A stretch of 64,000 nt of DNA from a virus (lineage: Duplodnaviria; Caudoviricetes): the IMG/VR virus record IMGVR_UViG_3300028603_000022, positions 1 to 64,000 of that record. One strand, 5' to 3'. The translations under genes and the position numbers were made by a program. The notes below the pieces were generated by a model, which saw only the letters and a list, made by a program, of their open reading frames with translations, was not told the DNA's origin and made no database searches. Positions 25,660 through 35,569 of the stretch are shown here, in pieces; the stretch's first letter is position 1; each line of letters opens with the position of its first letter.

Positions 25660-27945
25660 ATGCGAACAATCAAGAACGTCACTTTGGCTTCCAATAAAAC
25701 AGGAAAGAGACTCTTTGTTCAAAAGGGTTCGGCTGGTTCTGTTGCTGAAGATTTCGCTGTAAAGTCCGCCGGCGAACCTTCTAAACAAACCGTTGGCGTT
25801 CTTGGTAATCGTACAGGTAATACATCTTCTGATAACTATGATAGAGTAGAATCGCCTTTAGATAAAATAAAATCTAACAAGGTTTTAAGAGACAAAGCTT
25901 CTCGTAGGCTGGATACTATTGATCCTTATTCTTCTGAAGCTGTAGAATTATCTGCAATAATAGGATCAGAAGATACGACAACAGTTCTTGATAGACATAA
26001 TAGAGCTGTTGAAACAGCAGATGAGCTGCCTGCTATGGGTTCTAACGCTGGTGGACTGTCTGGTAATCTTCCTTCTAGTTCTACAGTTACCGACGTAGTT
26101 ACTAGAGGAATGCTAATAAACGTAATTGATGATATTATCTACGATAAGAATCCATACAGAGCTAATATAGCTCTGAACCGCATTCTTCGTGATATGTTTT
26201 ATCATGATTCTACTACGGGATCAGCTGTTAATCTTCTTAGCACATTACCATTCTCGGAATTTTCTCTTTCAGGTTTGAAAGACGAAAAGATGACTTCTGT
26301 TTTTGTCGATTCTCTTGAGTCGATGAAAATTAACGCTCTTCTACCTAATATGTCCATTGATTATCTGGTAGTTGGTTCTGCCATTGTGTCGCTTACTTAC
26401 GACGAAAAGATAAAAAGATTTACAGGTTCTTTTCCACATAATATTGATTTTGCTTACTTCATTCAGGTGCCTTCTTATGGTATAGATCCTATCATCAAGG
26501 TCAGATTAGAACCACATATTGCTGGGGCTCTAGAAAACCCAACTATTAAAGAAAAATATCTACAATACATTCCTAAGCAGATAGTCGATTTTTATTCAAA
26601 GGGTGGTAGAGACGGAAAAGGTGGCGGTGATGGGTTTGAACTAGACCCAAAGACTTCTATCTTTATTGCGCGTAATGGTACTCTTAGAGATTTCCGAGGT
26701 ATCTCTCTCTTGAAAAGAGCTATACCAGCTTGGTTATACGAGAAAGCTCTTATTAAAGGAACACTGGATCAGTCTTATAAGCGTCAACGTCCTATTATGC
26801 ACGTTACCGCCGGTGAAGGAGAAGAATGGGTTCCAGTTACCGAGGAAATGCAAGCTATTTCCAACATGTTTCTAGCAGCAGACCTCGATCCTCTAGGAGC
26901 AATTGTTGTTACTAGGCAAGGCGTCAATGTAAATGAGGTGCGAAGCGGACAGGATTTTTGGAGATGGGATCAGAACTACGACGCTATTGAAAGAATAAAG
27001 CTTCGCTCTATAGGTATTTCAGAGTCATTTGTGGCTGGTGACGCCGCGTACAACAGCCTTGAGCAGACTATTTCTGTTTTCATGGATCAGATTAGAGCTT
27101 ATCGTAATCAGTTTACTTCTGAAATTTTCTATGAGAAAATTTTTCCCATGATTTCAGAAGCTAATGGTATTACTAAACAAAGATATGGTATTAAACGAGA
27201 TAGAGAAGTAGCTTCATACGGTAATACCAGAATTTATAGAGACGAAGATAATCAGATCGTAGCCAGTATTGGAAATTCGTATCCGCAAGTAAAAGAGCTT
27301 GGGGCATTATCTAAATCAAACGTAGACGTAAGCCGGTTAGTTGTACCAGAAATCCTCTGGCATAAAAGATTGATGCCTGAAGCTGATGAAGCTTACATTA
27401 ACATGTTGGGTGCTCTTCATGAAAAGGGAGTACCTATTACTATCCGTCAATGGACAGCTGCCGGTGGCTTGAATCTTGATAACCTACTTGAAGACTTAAA
27501 CGAAGATCTAAGAGTACGTGAGCAGATTGTCAATTACAGAAAATCTATTACTGACCTAATGAAAGAAGCCGGTATGGGGTCAGAAGAAGAAGATCCCGGT
27601 AGTTCTTCTCAAGCTTTTGGTGAATTTGCTTCCTCTAGTTCTCCTATATCCAGAGCCATAGATCAGATGGTTAACGATAGGTTTAACATTGGTTCTGTAA
27701 GGAAGCGCTCAATTCTATCTTATGGTAATCCAGATCATCCTAACGCTAATTTTACTGATTATGATTCTCAAGGTAATCGCAGAGTTATGACCAAACAAGG
27801 TCGTGATATTATAGCTAACAGGTTTACCAAAAATCTGGCTAAAGCTGCCGCTGAAATGGCTAAACTGGAAAACAAACGAACTAAAGAAGAAGAATGGCAG
27901 CGTAATCAAAGGCTAGATAAGAAGAAATATTATCATAGCAAATAA
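25660..27945 (+). CDS. Portal protein
   Basis: 761 aa at the start of the head module; RDMFYHD..GSAVN, RGISLL and GISESFV portal-type patterns. Confidence 0.7.
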   Translation: MRTIKNVTLASNKTGKRLFVQKGSAGSVAEDFAVKSAGEPSKQTVGVLGNRTGNTSSDNYDRVESPLDKIKSNKVLRDKASRRLDTIDPYSSEAVELSAIIGSEDTTTVLDRHNRAVETADELPAMGSNAGGLSGNLPSSSTVTDVVTRGMLINVIDDIIYDKNPYRANIALNRILRDMFYHDSTTGSAVNLLSTLPFSEFSLSGLKDEKMTSVFVDSLESMKINALLPNMSIDYLVVGSAIVSLTYDEKIKRFTGSFPHNIDFAYFIQVPSYGIDPIIKVRLEPHIAGALENPTIKEKYLQYIPKQIVDFYSKGGRDGKGGGDGFELDPKTSIFIARNGTLRDFRGISLLKRAIPAWLYEKALIKGTLDQSYKRQRPIMHVTAGEGEEWVPVTEEMQAISNMFLAADLDPLGAIVVTRQGVNVNEVRSGQDFWRWDQNYDAIERIKLRSIGISESFVAGDAAYNSLEQTISVFMDQIRAYRNQFTSEIFYEKIFPMISEANGITKQRYGIKRDREVASYGNTRIYRDEDNQIVASIGNSYPQVKELGALSKSNVDVSRLVVPEILWHKRLMPEADEAYINMLGALHEKGVPITIRQWTAAGGLNLDNLLEDLNEDLRVREQIVNYRKSITDLMKEAGMGSEEEDPGSSSQAFGEFASSSSPISRAIDQMVNDRFNIGSVRKRSILSYGNPDHPNANFTDYDSQGNRRVMTKQGRDIIANRFTKNLAKAAAEMAKLENKRTKEEEWQRNQRLDKKKYYHSK

Positions 27946-27956
27946 GGTGAAGATAT

Positions 27957-28406
27957 ATGGCAAAAATATCAAGATTCACCAAACATATAACCATAACATT
28001 TAATTCTGTTAGTAGTGATAGAGTAGCTTCTCTAGAAGACTATCTTGTATGGGAGATTGTTTATACAGGTGAACCGCTTCCAAGCCTTTCTGGTTTAGAA
28101 GAAGATAAATATGTAATAGTTTCACCTAGATTTAATAGCGACGGTATTACTGTACCTAGACTATTCTGGTTTCTGTACCCACCATGGGGGCACGCAGCTA
28201 CCAGAGCTGCTATTTTACATGATTATTTGCTGCATAGGTTAAAAACATTTCCGCATCCAAGAGTTTCTACAAGAAGATTGGCCGATAATATATTTTTTGA
28301 AGCCCTAAAAGCTTGTAGAGTTAACATAGTATCTTGTTATGTCTTATGGGGTGCCGTAAGGCTATTTTCTATTTTTAAATCAATTAATAATGTGAGTTTA
28401 AAATGA
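27957..28406 (+). CDS. DUF1353 family protein
   Basis: FNSDGITVPRLFW..PP....AAILHDYL, ADNIFFEA. Confidence 0.85.
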   Translation: MAKISRFTKHITITFNSVSSDRVASLEDYLVWEIVYTGEPLPSLSGLEEDKYVIVSPRFNSDGITVPRLFWFLYPPWGHAATRAAILHDYLLHRLKTFPHPRVSTRRLADNIFFEALKACRVNIVSCYVLWGAVRLFSIFKSINNVSLK

Positions 28407-30049
28407 CAGTTCCTTATGGTACTAGAGGTTATTTAATTGATAGGAAAGGTGAAATTACACCTATCAATGATATGTATGGTCATGAAGCTTTTGTTAAGCG
28501 TCGCTCTAAAGAGTATTTATCACCTATTAATTTCGTAGCAGATAATGGTTGGGTACTGGTTCAAACTGTAAAGGATCACTCTGTAATTACCTTGTGCGAT
28601 GAAACAGTTACTAAGCAAGCTCTAGCCGGAACACTCAAAGCTATAGGTGCACATCATAGGGAAGATAAAATCACTGTTACCAACTATAACAGAGATACCG
28701 ATATAGAGAATCAATTAGTATCCTATGCTACTTATCCTCAAATGGTTAGGTTATTTATTAAACTTAAGTCGGGCGCTGATACAGCCAACTACGTAGTAGA
28801 AATCGCCTCTAGAAATACTAAGTTAGAGATACTAGAAGAAAAGGCTAAAATACTTATTCTTCAAAAGAATTTTCGTGTATTTCACGATCTAACAAGCCAC
28901 CAACACGCAACGGGTAAAGAATTATATCATCCTGATATGTATGGGAGACCTACGAAATATAAACTGCGATCATGGGAGTTTATATGGAATTTAATTGTTA
29001 GAGCTGATCCTACTAAAAACAAACAGTATCTTCAATGGATTATTTCTAAGGCGATAAGAAATAATCCTGACTGGAAAACAAAGCGTATTTCTTATTGGAG
29101 AGAGGATTTAGATGGCATTAACCATTATCTTACTAAATTTGATGAATTGAAGCGTAAAGGTAAAGTACCTATAGAACATCGTGATATTCAGAAATTCAGA
29201 GACGATCTTGAGCTGTTAGATTTTGTAAATGACTTAGAGGTTCAACTGGCAGCTGATGAATTGGGGTCAATAGAAGAACAGGAAGCTCGTTTCTTTGACA
29301 ATAAAGAAGCTAAAATCGCTTATGAATCCAGCTCTATGAGGATAGTAATACCTGTTACACATGAAGCTTCTTGTTTCTTTGGTAGACAAACTAATTGGTG
29401 TACAGCTATACCAAAAAGACCAGAAATATTTGGCGAATACTCTGTCGAGGGCGATCTATATATCGTAGAAGATAAAACAACTGGATTGAAATACCAGTTT
29501 CACTTTGATTCAATGCAATTTATGGATAAACAAGACCATCCTATTAATTTTGGTACTTGGCATAAAGAGAAATATTCCATTCTGAAAGAACTCATGGAGG
29601 TATTTGATAGACTAGCGAGTAAATACAGCTTTACTCCATTAATGAAGAAACCATCTGTTAACTCTTATATAGCTATGATGGATGCTCCCGGAAATATTTA
29701 TCAAACGTCGGGTGTTATTTATCTGTTTACTAATCATATAGCAGGTAGTCCGTCTGAAACGGATAGATTACTTTTTCTAACCAAACTAGTTAAGCTCTAC
29801 CAGAACTCTTACGGTTTATCATGGTTTGGTTCTGGAGCTGCAGAAGAATCTCTATCAAAGCTATTTGATTTCGCTAGAAATAACTATGAAAAAGAAATTC
29901 CATTTATAATCCTAAAAACAAGCTTACCTAAAGATACAATTAGAGCGTTAATTACTAAAACCAGTCGCAACGCTGGTTCAGAAGTATTAGATAAAGTAGA
30001 TAAGATATTTGCTGAGAAATTCGGTGAAAATTTCTACACTCATAATTAG
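28403..30049 (+). CDS. Multi-domain putative virion protein with PcfJ-like WCT domain
   Basis: DPTKNKQYLQWI, EASCFFG..TNWCTA, LYI, KYQFH, FMDKQD; internal VEIA-S site separates the domains. Confidence 0.55.
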   Translation: MTVPYGTRGYLIDRKGEITPINDMYGHEAFVKRRSKEYLSPINFVADNGWVLVQTVKDHSVITLCDETVTKQALAGTLKAIGAHHREDKITVTNYNRDTDIENQLVSYATYPQMVRLFIKLKSGADTANYVVEIASRNTKLEILEEKAKILILQKNFRVFHDLTSHQHATGKELYHPDMYGRPTKYKLRSWEFIWNLIVRADPTKNKQYLQWIISKAIRNNPDWKTKRISYWREDLDGINHYLTKFDELKRKGKVPIEHRDIQKFRDDLELLDFVNDLEVQLAADELGSIEEQEARFFDNKEAKIAYESSSMRIVIPVTHEASCFFGRQTNWCTAIPKRPEIFGEYSVEGDLYIVEDKTTGLKYQFHFDSMQFMDKQDHPINFGTWHKEKYSILKELMEVFDRLASKYSFTPLMKKPSVNSYIAMMDAPGNIYQTSGVIYLFTNHIAGSPSETDRLLFLTKLVKLYQNSYGLSWFGSGAAEESLSKLFDFARNNYEKEIPFIILKTSLPKDTIRALITKTSRNAGSEVLDKVDKIFAEKFGENFYTHN

Positions 30050-30066
30050 ATAATGGGATATTTTCT

Positions 30067-30519
30067 ATGTTAGAGCTGGCTAGAAAATTAGAAGATAGAA
30101 GTAAATGGCCGGGTACTTACGCTTCTTTACATATTACCCGTACATCCAAAGCTAGGCTCTATAATTACTTTAAAGAGCACATTCCTAGACTACAAAATCA
30201 AGATAAATTCCATATAACTACCACGCATACTAAACGTATTTTAGACATACAAACTAGAATAGTAACGGTTAACTTGTATTCTAGACATTTTAAATACGAG
30301 AAATTCGGTGAAACTGTTTTAGTTCTTAGAGTTAAACATCAAATACTAGAAAAGCTGTTTATAGAATCCAAGAAAGCTGGAGCTACTTGGGATTTTCCTT
30401 CATACAAGCCACATATTACTCTGTCTACTGAATTTCCTTCTGATATTGCTAACCTACCTCCATTACCTGATTTTAATCTATACACAACTAAACATGTTGT
30501 AGAGCCGTTGGACGATTAA
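30067..30519 (+). CDS. acb1: Anti-CBASS Acb1-like (T4 57B-like) 2H phosphodiesterase
   Basis: GTYASL, FHITTT and GATWDFPSYKPHITL (two HxT motifs). Confidence 0.75.
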   Translation: MLELARKLEDRSKWPGTYASLHITRTSKARLYNYFKEHIPRLQNQDKFHITTTHTKRILDIQTRIVTVNLYSRHFKYEKFGETVLVLRVKHQILEKLFIESKKAGATWDFPSYKPHITLSTEFPSDIANLPPLPDFNLYTTKHVVEPLDD

Positions 30520-30520
30520 T

Positions 30521-31744
30521 ATGAGTATAGGTAGAAAAGCTTTTACCCGTGTGGGCATCCCAAATAACCGCTACATGCCAGGTAGAGCCAATGTACACTT
30601 AGAGAACTATGCGGTGTCCAAAGCAGAGCATTATGAGACTTCGCTTCGCGTAGACTCCCCTAGATTCTATTTCTGGAATAAGTATCAAGGCTCAATACCT
30701 TGTTCCTGTATAGCTGCTAACAAATCTTTTATTCAAGATATAGAGCCGGGAGAACCCGCTAAAACTTCTTTCTCTAAAAAGAATCCTATGAAAACAGCTA
30801 ATACAGATAGGTATTCTGTTTATGAAGAAGCTAATCCAGAAGATAGATACTATACTCAAGTAAACGATCCTGAAGCAAGAGGACGACGTAAAACTCTAGA
30901 AGAGCACTTATTTAATGAAAATGATTATGGGGATAAGGTAGAAGATATAGATGACCCCGAAGAAGTGGCTAACACTTTAGCAGATTTTAGCGATCCTTTT
31001 AACCTGTTTACAGATCGATCTATTATGTGCCCTGTGTGTCTAGGTTCTGGATACCTAGATGGCTACAACTTGTACGGCGGTAATAGAGTTGTTCTAGAAT
31101 CAAGTAATATTTACAAGTTCTATTCTGAAAATGCGGATATTTTAGACACAGAAAATCCGACTAAAATAGTAGTTAATCCTAACGGCAAATTATTTTGGAG
31201 CTTACCGTTACCTAAATTGTGGTTAGACATAATAAAAATTGAAGTATATAACGGACAGGACGTAATACCTTCTGATGAATACCAATTTAAATGGTTTAGC
31301 TCATCTAATGAAGGATTAGTAACTTATAAATCTTTGAATACGCTTAATGATACTGGTGAAGTTATCCGATTGGTTCTAGAATTTCCAGTTAAAACTTCTT
31401 TTACTCATGCTGTAATTGTATTCTCTTATAGAGATCCGCATAAAGCCCAAATTCCAGAAGTAGCTCAAGGCTGGGAACAGGAGTTCCTAGACTGGAATGT
31501 CAATGTGACTATGGAATTGCCACCTACTATTGATATTAAGGAAGGTTCATACATAACTGAATCTAAATATGGTAAGGTATGGAAAGTGTCAGCTTTAACT
31601 CCTCGCTATACAGAAGGTGGAACTGTATTCGGGTTAACCGCTGAGGTTAGAGCCTTGCAGCCTATGGAAAAGAAGTTCTATCACTTTAAATTATTTGAGA
31701 TACCATTAACTAAATACAGACATAGTAATATTTATCAAAAATAA
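30521..31744 (+). CDS. Putative neck/head-closure structural protein
   Basis: CSC...CPVCLGSGY zinc pattern; position in the structural module. Confidence 0.45.
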   Translation: MSIGRKAFTRVGIPNNRYMPGRANVHLENYAVSKAEHYETSLRVDSPRFYFWNKYQGSIPCSCIAANKSFIQDIEPGEPAKTSFSKKNPMKTANTDRYSVYEEANPEDRYYTQVNDPEARGRRKTLEEHLFNENDYGDKVEDIDDPEEVANTLADFSDPFNLFTDRSIMCPVCLGSGYLDGYNLYGGNRVVLESSNIYKFYSENADILDTENPTKIVVNPNGKLFWSLPLPKLWLDIIKIEVYNGQDVIPSDEYQFKWFSSSNEGLVTYKSLNTLNDTGEVIRLVLEFPVKTSFTHAVIVFSYRDPHKAQIPEVAQGWEQEFLDWNVNVTMELPPTIDIKEGSYITESKYGKVWKVSALTPRYTEGGTVFGLTAEVRALQPMEKKFYHFKLFEIPLTKYRHSNIYQK

Positions 31745-31755
31745 GGTACGGTACA

Positions 31756-32169
31756 ATGCCCAATTTAATAGGAGAAGCATTAGGAGAAATAACCTTAAAG
31801 AATGCTATCAATTGGATAGCCACTAATGTAACTAAACTAACGGTTGTATTTGGTATGCTATGGGTTGTAGGAAAACCCTTTGTAGATTCTTATATAGTTA
31901 GAGCTGTAGCTGAACAAAAATATGTAACAGAGCAAGCTCTTAAAGAGGTAATTACTTCCTTAGAAAAGACTACAAAGCAAATGGGCCTTGTAGAAGAACA
32001 GACTAAAATCATTACTAATCAAATTAACCAGCATCAATTTAAAGTAAATGAAATGGATCGCCGGTTTGAGGATTTGAATACCTATCAAAAGGAATTAAAC
32101 CGTGATGTAAAGGGAATCCTTCGAGAGTTGAGAGGATTTTCTACCTCGCCCTATAGACCTACCAGATAG
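31756..32169 (+). CDS. Membrane-anchored coiled-coil protein (holin/spanin-like?)
   Basis: N-terminal TM helix plus heptad region. Confidence 0.5.
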   Translation: MPNLIGEALGEITLKNAINWIATNVTKLTVVFGMLWVVGKPFVDSYIVRAVAEQKYVTEQALKEVITSLEKTTKQMGLVEEQTKIITNQINQHQFKVNEMDRRFEDLNTYQKELNRDVKGILRELRGFSTSPYRPTR

Positions 32170-32308
32170 ATATCCTATTGAAATCATTGAATTTTCTGGG
32201 ATTCTACCATCTTAGCGACTGTTACCATACCGAATCCTACTAGGTGAATCATGTTCTAGGTGTTACTAGAAAATTTATGATTTTTGTTGACATTCGATTC
32301 TAGATAAT

Positions 32309-32322
32309 CTAATTCTTTTATG
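32309..32322 (+). promoter_or_regulatory. CTAATTCTTTTATG late promoter-like motif
   Basis: Identical to 24640-24653; upstream of the histone-like gene. Confidence 0.55.
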
Positions 32323-32395
32323 TAAGGGGAAGGTCTTTACAGTTCCAGTGACTTAACCTCGAATATATTTAACCCTATCGATAGGAGATAATACA

Positions 32396-32929
32396 ATGGA
32401 ACATTTTGAACTGGTTTTTGAGACTGTCGAAGATATGAGCGAAGCTCGTAAGCCTGCTTCTGCTGCAGCTAAGACCCGCGCTAAGAAGGCGGCTACTGCG
32501 AAGAAGAAGAAGCTAGCTAACGAAACTCCGGCTCAGTCCAAGAAGCGTCGCGCTGCTGCCGCTAAGAAGAAGCTCAAGACTGCCGCTGGGAAGAAGATTT
32601 CCAAGGCTACTCGTAATAAGCCGAAGTCTGCTGCTCACAAGAAGAAGATTTCGACTGCGATGAAGAAGTATTGGGCTTCGAAGCGCGCTAAGCATCGTCG
32701 TAAGACTGCGAAGAAGGCGACCGCGAAGAAGGCCCCGGCTAAGCGTGGACGTCCTGCTAAGAAGACTGCGGCGAAAAAGGCTCCTGCGAAGCGTGGTCGC
32801 CCCGCAAAGAAGACCGCTGCTAAGAAGGCGCCGGCTAAGCGCGGTCGTCCGGCGAAGGCGAAGAAGCCTGCTGCGAAGAAGGCAGCTACTAAGAAGGCTG
32901 CTCCTAAGCGTCGTCGTAAGTCTATGTAA
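32396..32929 (+). CDS. Histone H1-like, AT-hook-repeat DNA condensation protein
   Basis: Acidic 17-aa leader, then a K/A-rich body with three KKAPAKRGRPAK repeats; AGGAG RBS. Confidence 0.85.
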   Translation: MEHFELVFETVEDMSEARKPASAAAKTRAKKAATAKKKKLANETPAQSKKRRAAAAKKKLKTAAGKKISKATRNKPKSAAHKKKISTAMKKYWASKRAKHRRKTAKKATAKKAPAKRGRPAKKTAAKKAPAKRGRPAKKTAAKKAPAKRGRPAKAKKPAAKKAATKKAAPKRRRKSM

Positions 32930-32938
32930 TAACGGGTA

Positions 32939-32968
32939 TTACAGTCTATCCTCCTCCCTAGACTGTAA
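32939..32968 (+). ncRNA. Cuckoo/CcsR-like hairpin with CCUCCUCCC loop in a 3' UTR
   Basis: TTACAGTCTA-tCCTCCTCCC-TAGACTGTAA, a perfect 10-bp stem, followed by a terminator. Confidence 0.55.
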
Positions 32969-32972
32969 CGTG

Positions 32973-33008
32973 AGGGCGGTGAATCCGAAAGGGTCCACCG
33001 CCCTTATT
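32973..33008 (+). terminator. Intrinsic terminator
   Basis: AGGGCGGTG...GAAA...CACCGCCCT followed by TATT. Confidence 0.7.
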
Positions 33009-33073
33009 GTATTTCTAGAGTAATCCACCGTGTAATATCCTAATTCTTGACTATATAGTCTCTTGGAGTAACT

Positions 33074-34417
33074 TTGTTGGCTACTTGGTGGAAAAATCTT
33101 TCTTTGGATGAAAAGAAAGCTTATCTTAAAGAACACCCTAACTCGAAAAAGAAGATTTCTACGCCTAAAAAGGTTTCTTCCGGTGGGAATGCCCAACCTC
33201 GACGTAAACTTTCTGAATCTGAAAGAGAAAGAGCTTTAAAATATTTAAAAACTAATGGGTATACTGTTAAGCAAGCAGTTTCTGGTTCTTTAGATGAAAT
33301 GCAACGCAATTTTGAAACCAAAATTGAGCGTCTAGAAAATAAACAAGTCACTAATCTGTATAATAATACAGTTAAAGCCGTTAAACTAGATTCCAAACAC
33401 GCTATATCTAATACAAAGCAATTATTATCTGTATATGGATTTGTATTATTAGCTTCTGTAGCTCTATCTGTGGTAGTTGGGGCTGATGTATCTACCTCTG
33501 CTGCTCATATAGTTGGTGGATTCGGCGATGAAATTAAAAATCATACTCGCGATGTTATGCAAGAACTTAAAGCTCTAGACGAAGAAGAGGCTCAACAAGA
33601 ATTTCAAAATGACGCTGAGAGGGATAAATATAAAGCAGAAATGGCTGAACGCCGCCGTAGAGCTAAAATAGCTTACCTTAAGCGGGTTCATGAAGATATG
33701 ATGGCTAAGGCTAAAGAAAATCTAGATGATCCCGATAAAGTAACAGAATCCCTTAGAAAATCAGATAAGCCAGTTACTCCATCAGCTAATGTATCTACTG
33801 AAACAGCAAATACTTTTAGAAGCTCAAATATAAAGAACACTGTTATGAAAGAAAAGATTTCTATTACTTCCTCACATGAAACTGATCTTCTTAAAGCTCT
33901 AATAAAGCTAGAGAAGGCTGACATTGAAAGTAAAGAAGACGATTCTCATGAGAATCTTTTAGATCATATTGATTACCTAGAGAGCTGTATACCTACAGCA
34001 GCTACTATAATGGTGGCGTCTATAGGAAAGCCGTCTATTCTTACACGAGCTAAATACATGCTCAACAAGTGTAATGAAGAACTTGCTGCCTCCAAAATCT
34101 TACTTAATAAATCTGCTGAAAAGGCATCACTAAAAAAGTCTTCCTTGGATTTCTTTCTTAAAAAGAATCTTAAACCTAAAGAGTATAGATACGAACAGGC
34201 TTATGTTTTAGATAATGAAGAAATAAAAGCTTGTGAACACCACATACTTAATGGTGTTGAAACAGCTTCTTATACTCATAATAAAATAGAAATATATAGC
34301 TTTGTTGAGGGTAATACGATTAATCTATCTTTGGTAAAGGATTCAAACTTTATGCCCAAATCCTTTTCAAGTATTAAACCAAGAGAATTAGCTGCTTGGT
34401 TGAAAGAACATATCTAA
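33074..34417 (+). CDS. Putative internal head protein
   Basis: WW..LS...K.YLKEHPNSK N-terminal module, a hydrophobic segment and several E-x-A sites. Confidence 0.55.
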   Translation: MLATWWKNLSLDEKKAYLKEHPNSKKKISTPKKVSSGGNAQPRRKLSESERERALKYLKTNGYTVKQAVSGSLDEMQRNFETKIERLENKQVTNLYNNTVKAVKLDSKHAISNTKQLLSVYGFVLLASVALSVVVGADVSTSAAHIVGGFGDEIKNHTRDVMQELKALDEEEAQQEFQNDAERDKYKAEMAERRRRAKIAYLKRVHEDMMAKAKENLDDPDKVTESLRKSDKPVTPSANVSTETANTFRSSNIKNTVMKEKISITSSHETDLLKALIKLEKADIESKEDDSHENLLDHIDYLESCIPTAATIMVASIGKPSILTRAKYMLNKCNEELAASKILLNKSAEKASLKKSSLDFFLKKNLKPKEYRYEQAYVLDNEEIKACEHHILNGVETASYTHNKIEIYSFVEGNTINLSLVKDSNFMPKSFSSIKPRELAAWLKEHI

Positions 34418-34429
34418 GGTAATTTCGCT

Positions 34430-35545
34430 ATGGAAATTAACAAAGGTAAGCAATATACAATCGGTACAAAGTTCTCCTATAAAGGAGCGCCGGCGGTGTT
34501 CAATCAACCGCCGCTATGGACTATATATACTGAAACAGACGATTCTCTGTTATCACAACCTGCTTTACAGGTAGGTAACAGATGGAATGCGGTATTCACC
34601 ATACCTACAAACTATATCGTACCAAACGGTAAAGAAGATTTAACCATACAATTTCATGGTACTGACAGCAAAGGACGTACCTACGTAGCGGATAAACTAT
34701 TAACTATTTTTGATAACACAGAGTTTTTTACACCTAATGGGGTGTTTTTTAACTACATAACTGATGAAAGTATAGAAGACTATTTAATAACCAATAGTGA
34801 TGAAGCAGATTTTGATATCCGAATATTTGATTCGTTTGGGGAACAGGTTCAGCATACCTCTCTAACTAATCAAACTGCGGTATCGGCTAACTCTAATGGT
34901 TATAAATATGATTTTAATCTACCACCTTTGGTAATAGATAAGAATGTCTGGCTAGACCCTTTTAATATTGTATATCGTATTACAACAGCTTCTGGAACAT
35001 ATACAGAAACTCATCCACTATTCATTCTAGACTTCAAAGTCATCAATGTAGTTAATGAACTACAAACTATGTTGGATAAATCCAAGCTAATAGAAGTCGA
35101 TCCTTCTCTACAATGGCATAATGTAGAGCTTATTCAAGCTGTTCTAGCAGGAGTAAAAAGGATTAATGCTTCTCCGCCGGAAGTTACTTTGTGGAAGCTT
35201 CACGATTTCCCTAGCGGACTAGACAGGTTTCTTACTATCGCCGCGGCTATTTATTCTCTTGAATCCAGATTCCTAGCAGAAGGTCTTAATGCTTTCGATT
35301 TCCAAGGATTAAACTCACAACTAAACTATAATAGAACTGAATATCTATCTCAATTGTTGGATAGGTATAACGCAGTTCTAGACCAATTACCGCTAGCTAA
35401 GAAATCCGCAATATTAACAAATGGTAAGGGTGAAATAGCTGGTAATGAAGTAGACAAAAGAGTACGTAATATCGGAACATTGGGTCTAGGTGTTAATACT
35501 CTTAATAACCGAATAGGGTATAATCGCTTTAGGCGGTTCTACTAA
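34430..35545 (+). CDS. Putative head-tail adaptor/neck protein with Ig-like N-terminus
   Basis: C-terminal adaptor-like pattern (RINASPP...FDFQG..LNYNR); structural context. Confidence 0.5.
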   Translation: MEINKGKQYTIGTKFSYKGAPAVFNQPPLWTIYTETDDSLLSQPALQVGNRWNAVFTIPTNYIVPNGKEDLTIQFHGTDSKGRTYVADKLLTIFDNTEFFTPNGVFFNYITDESIEDYLITNSDEADFDIRIFDSFGEQVQHTSLTNQTAVSANSNGYKYDFNLPPLVIDKNVWLDPFNIVYRITTASGTYTETHPLFILDFKVINVVNELQTMLDKSKLIEVDPSLQWHNVELIQAVLAGVKRINASPPEVTLWKLHDFPSGLDRFLTIAAAIYSLESRFLAEGLNAFDFQGLNSQLNYNRTEYLSQLLDRYNAVLDQLPLAKKSAILTNGKGEIAGNEVDKRVRNIGTLGLGVNTLNNRIGYNRFRRFY

Positions 35546-35569
35546 ATTCTCAACTTAGAGGTATATAAA

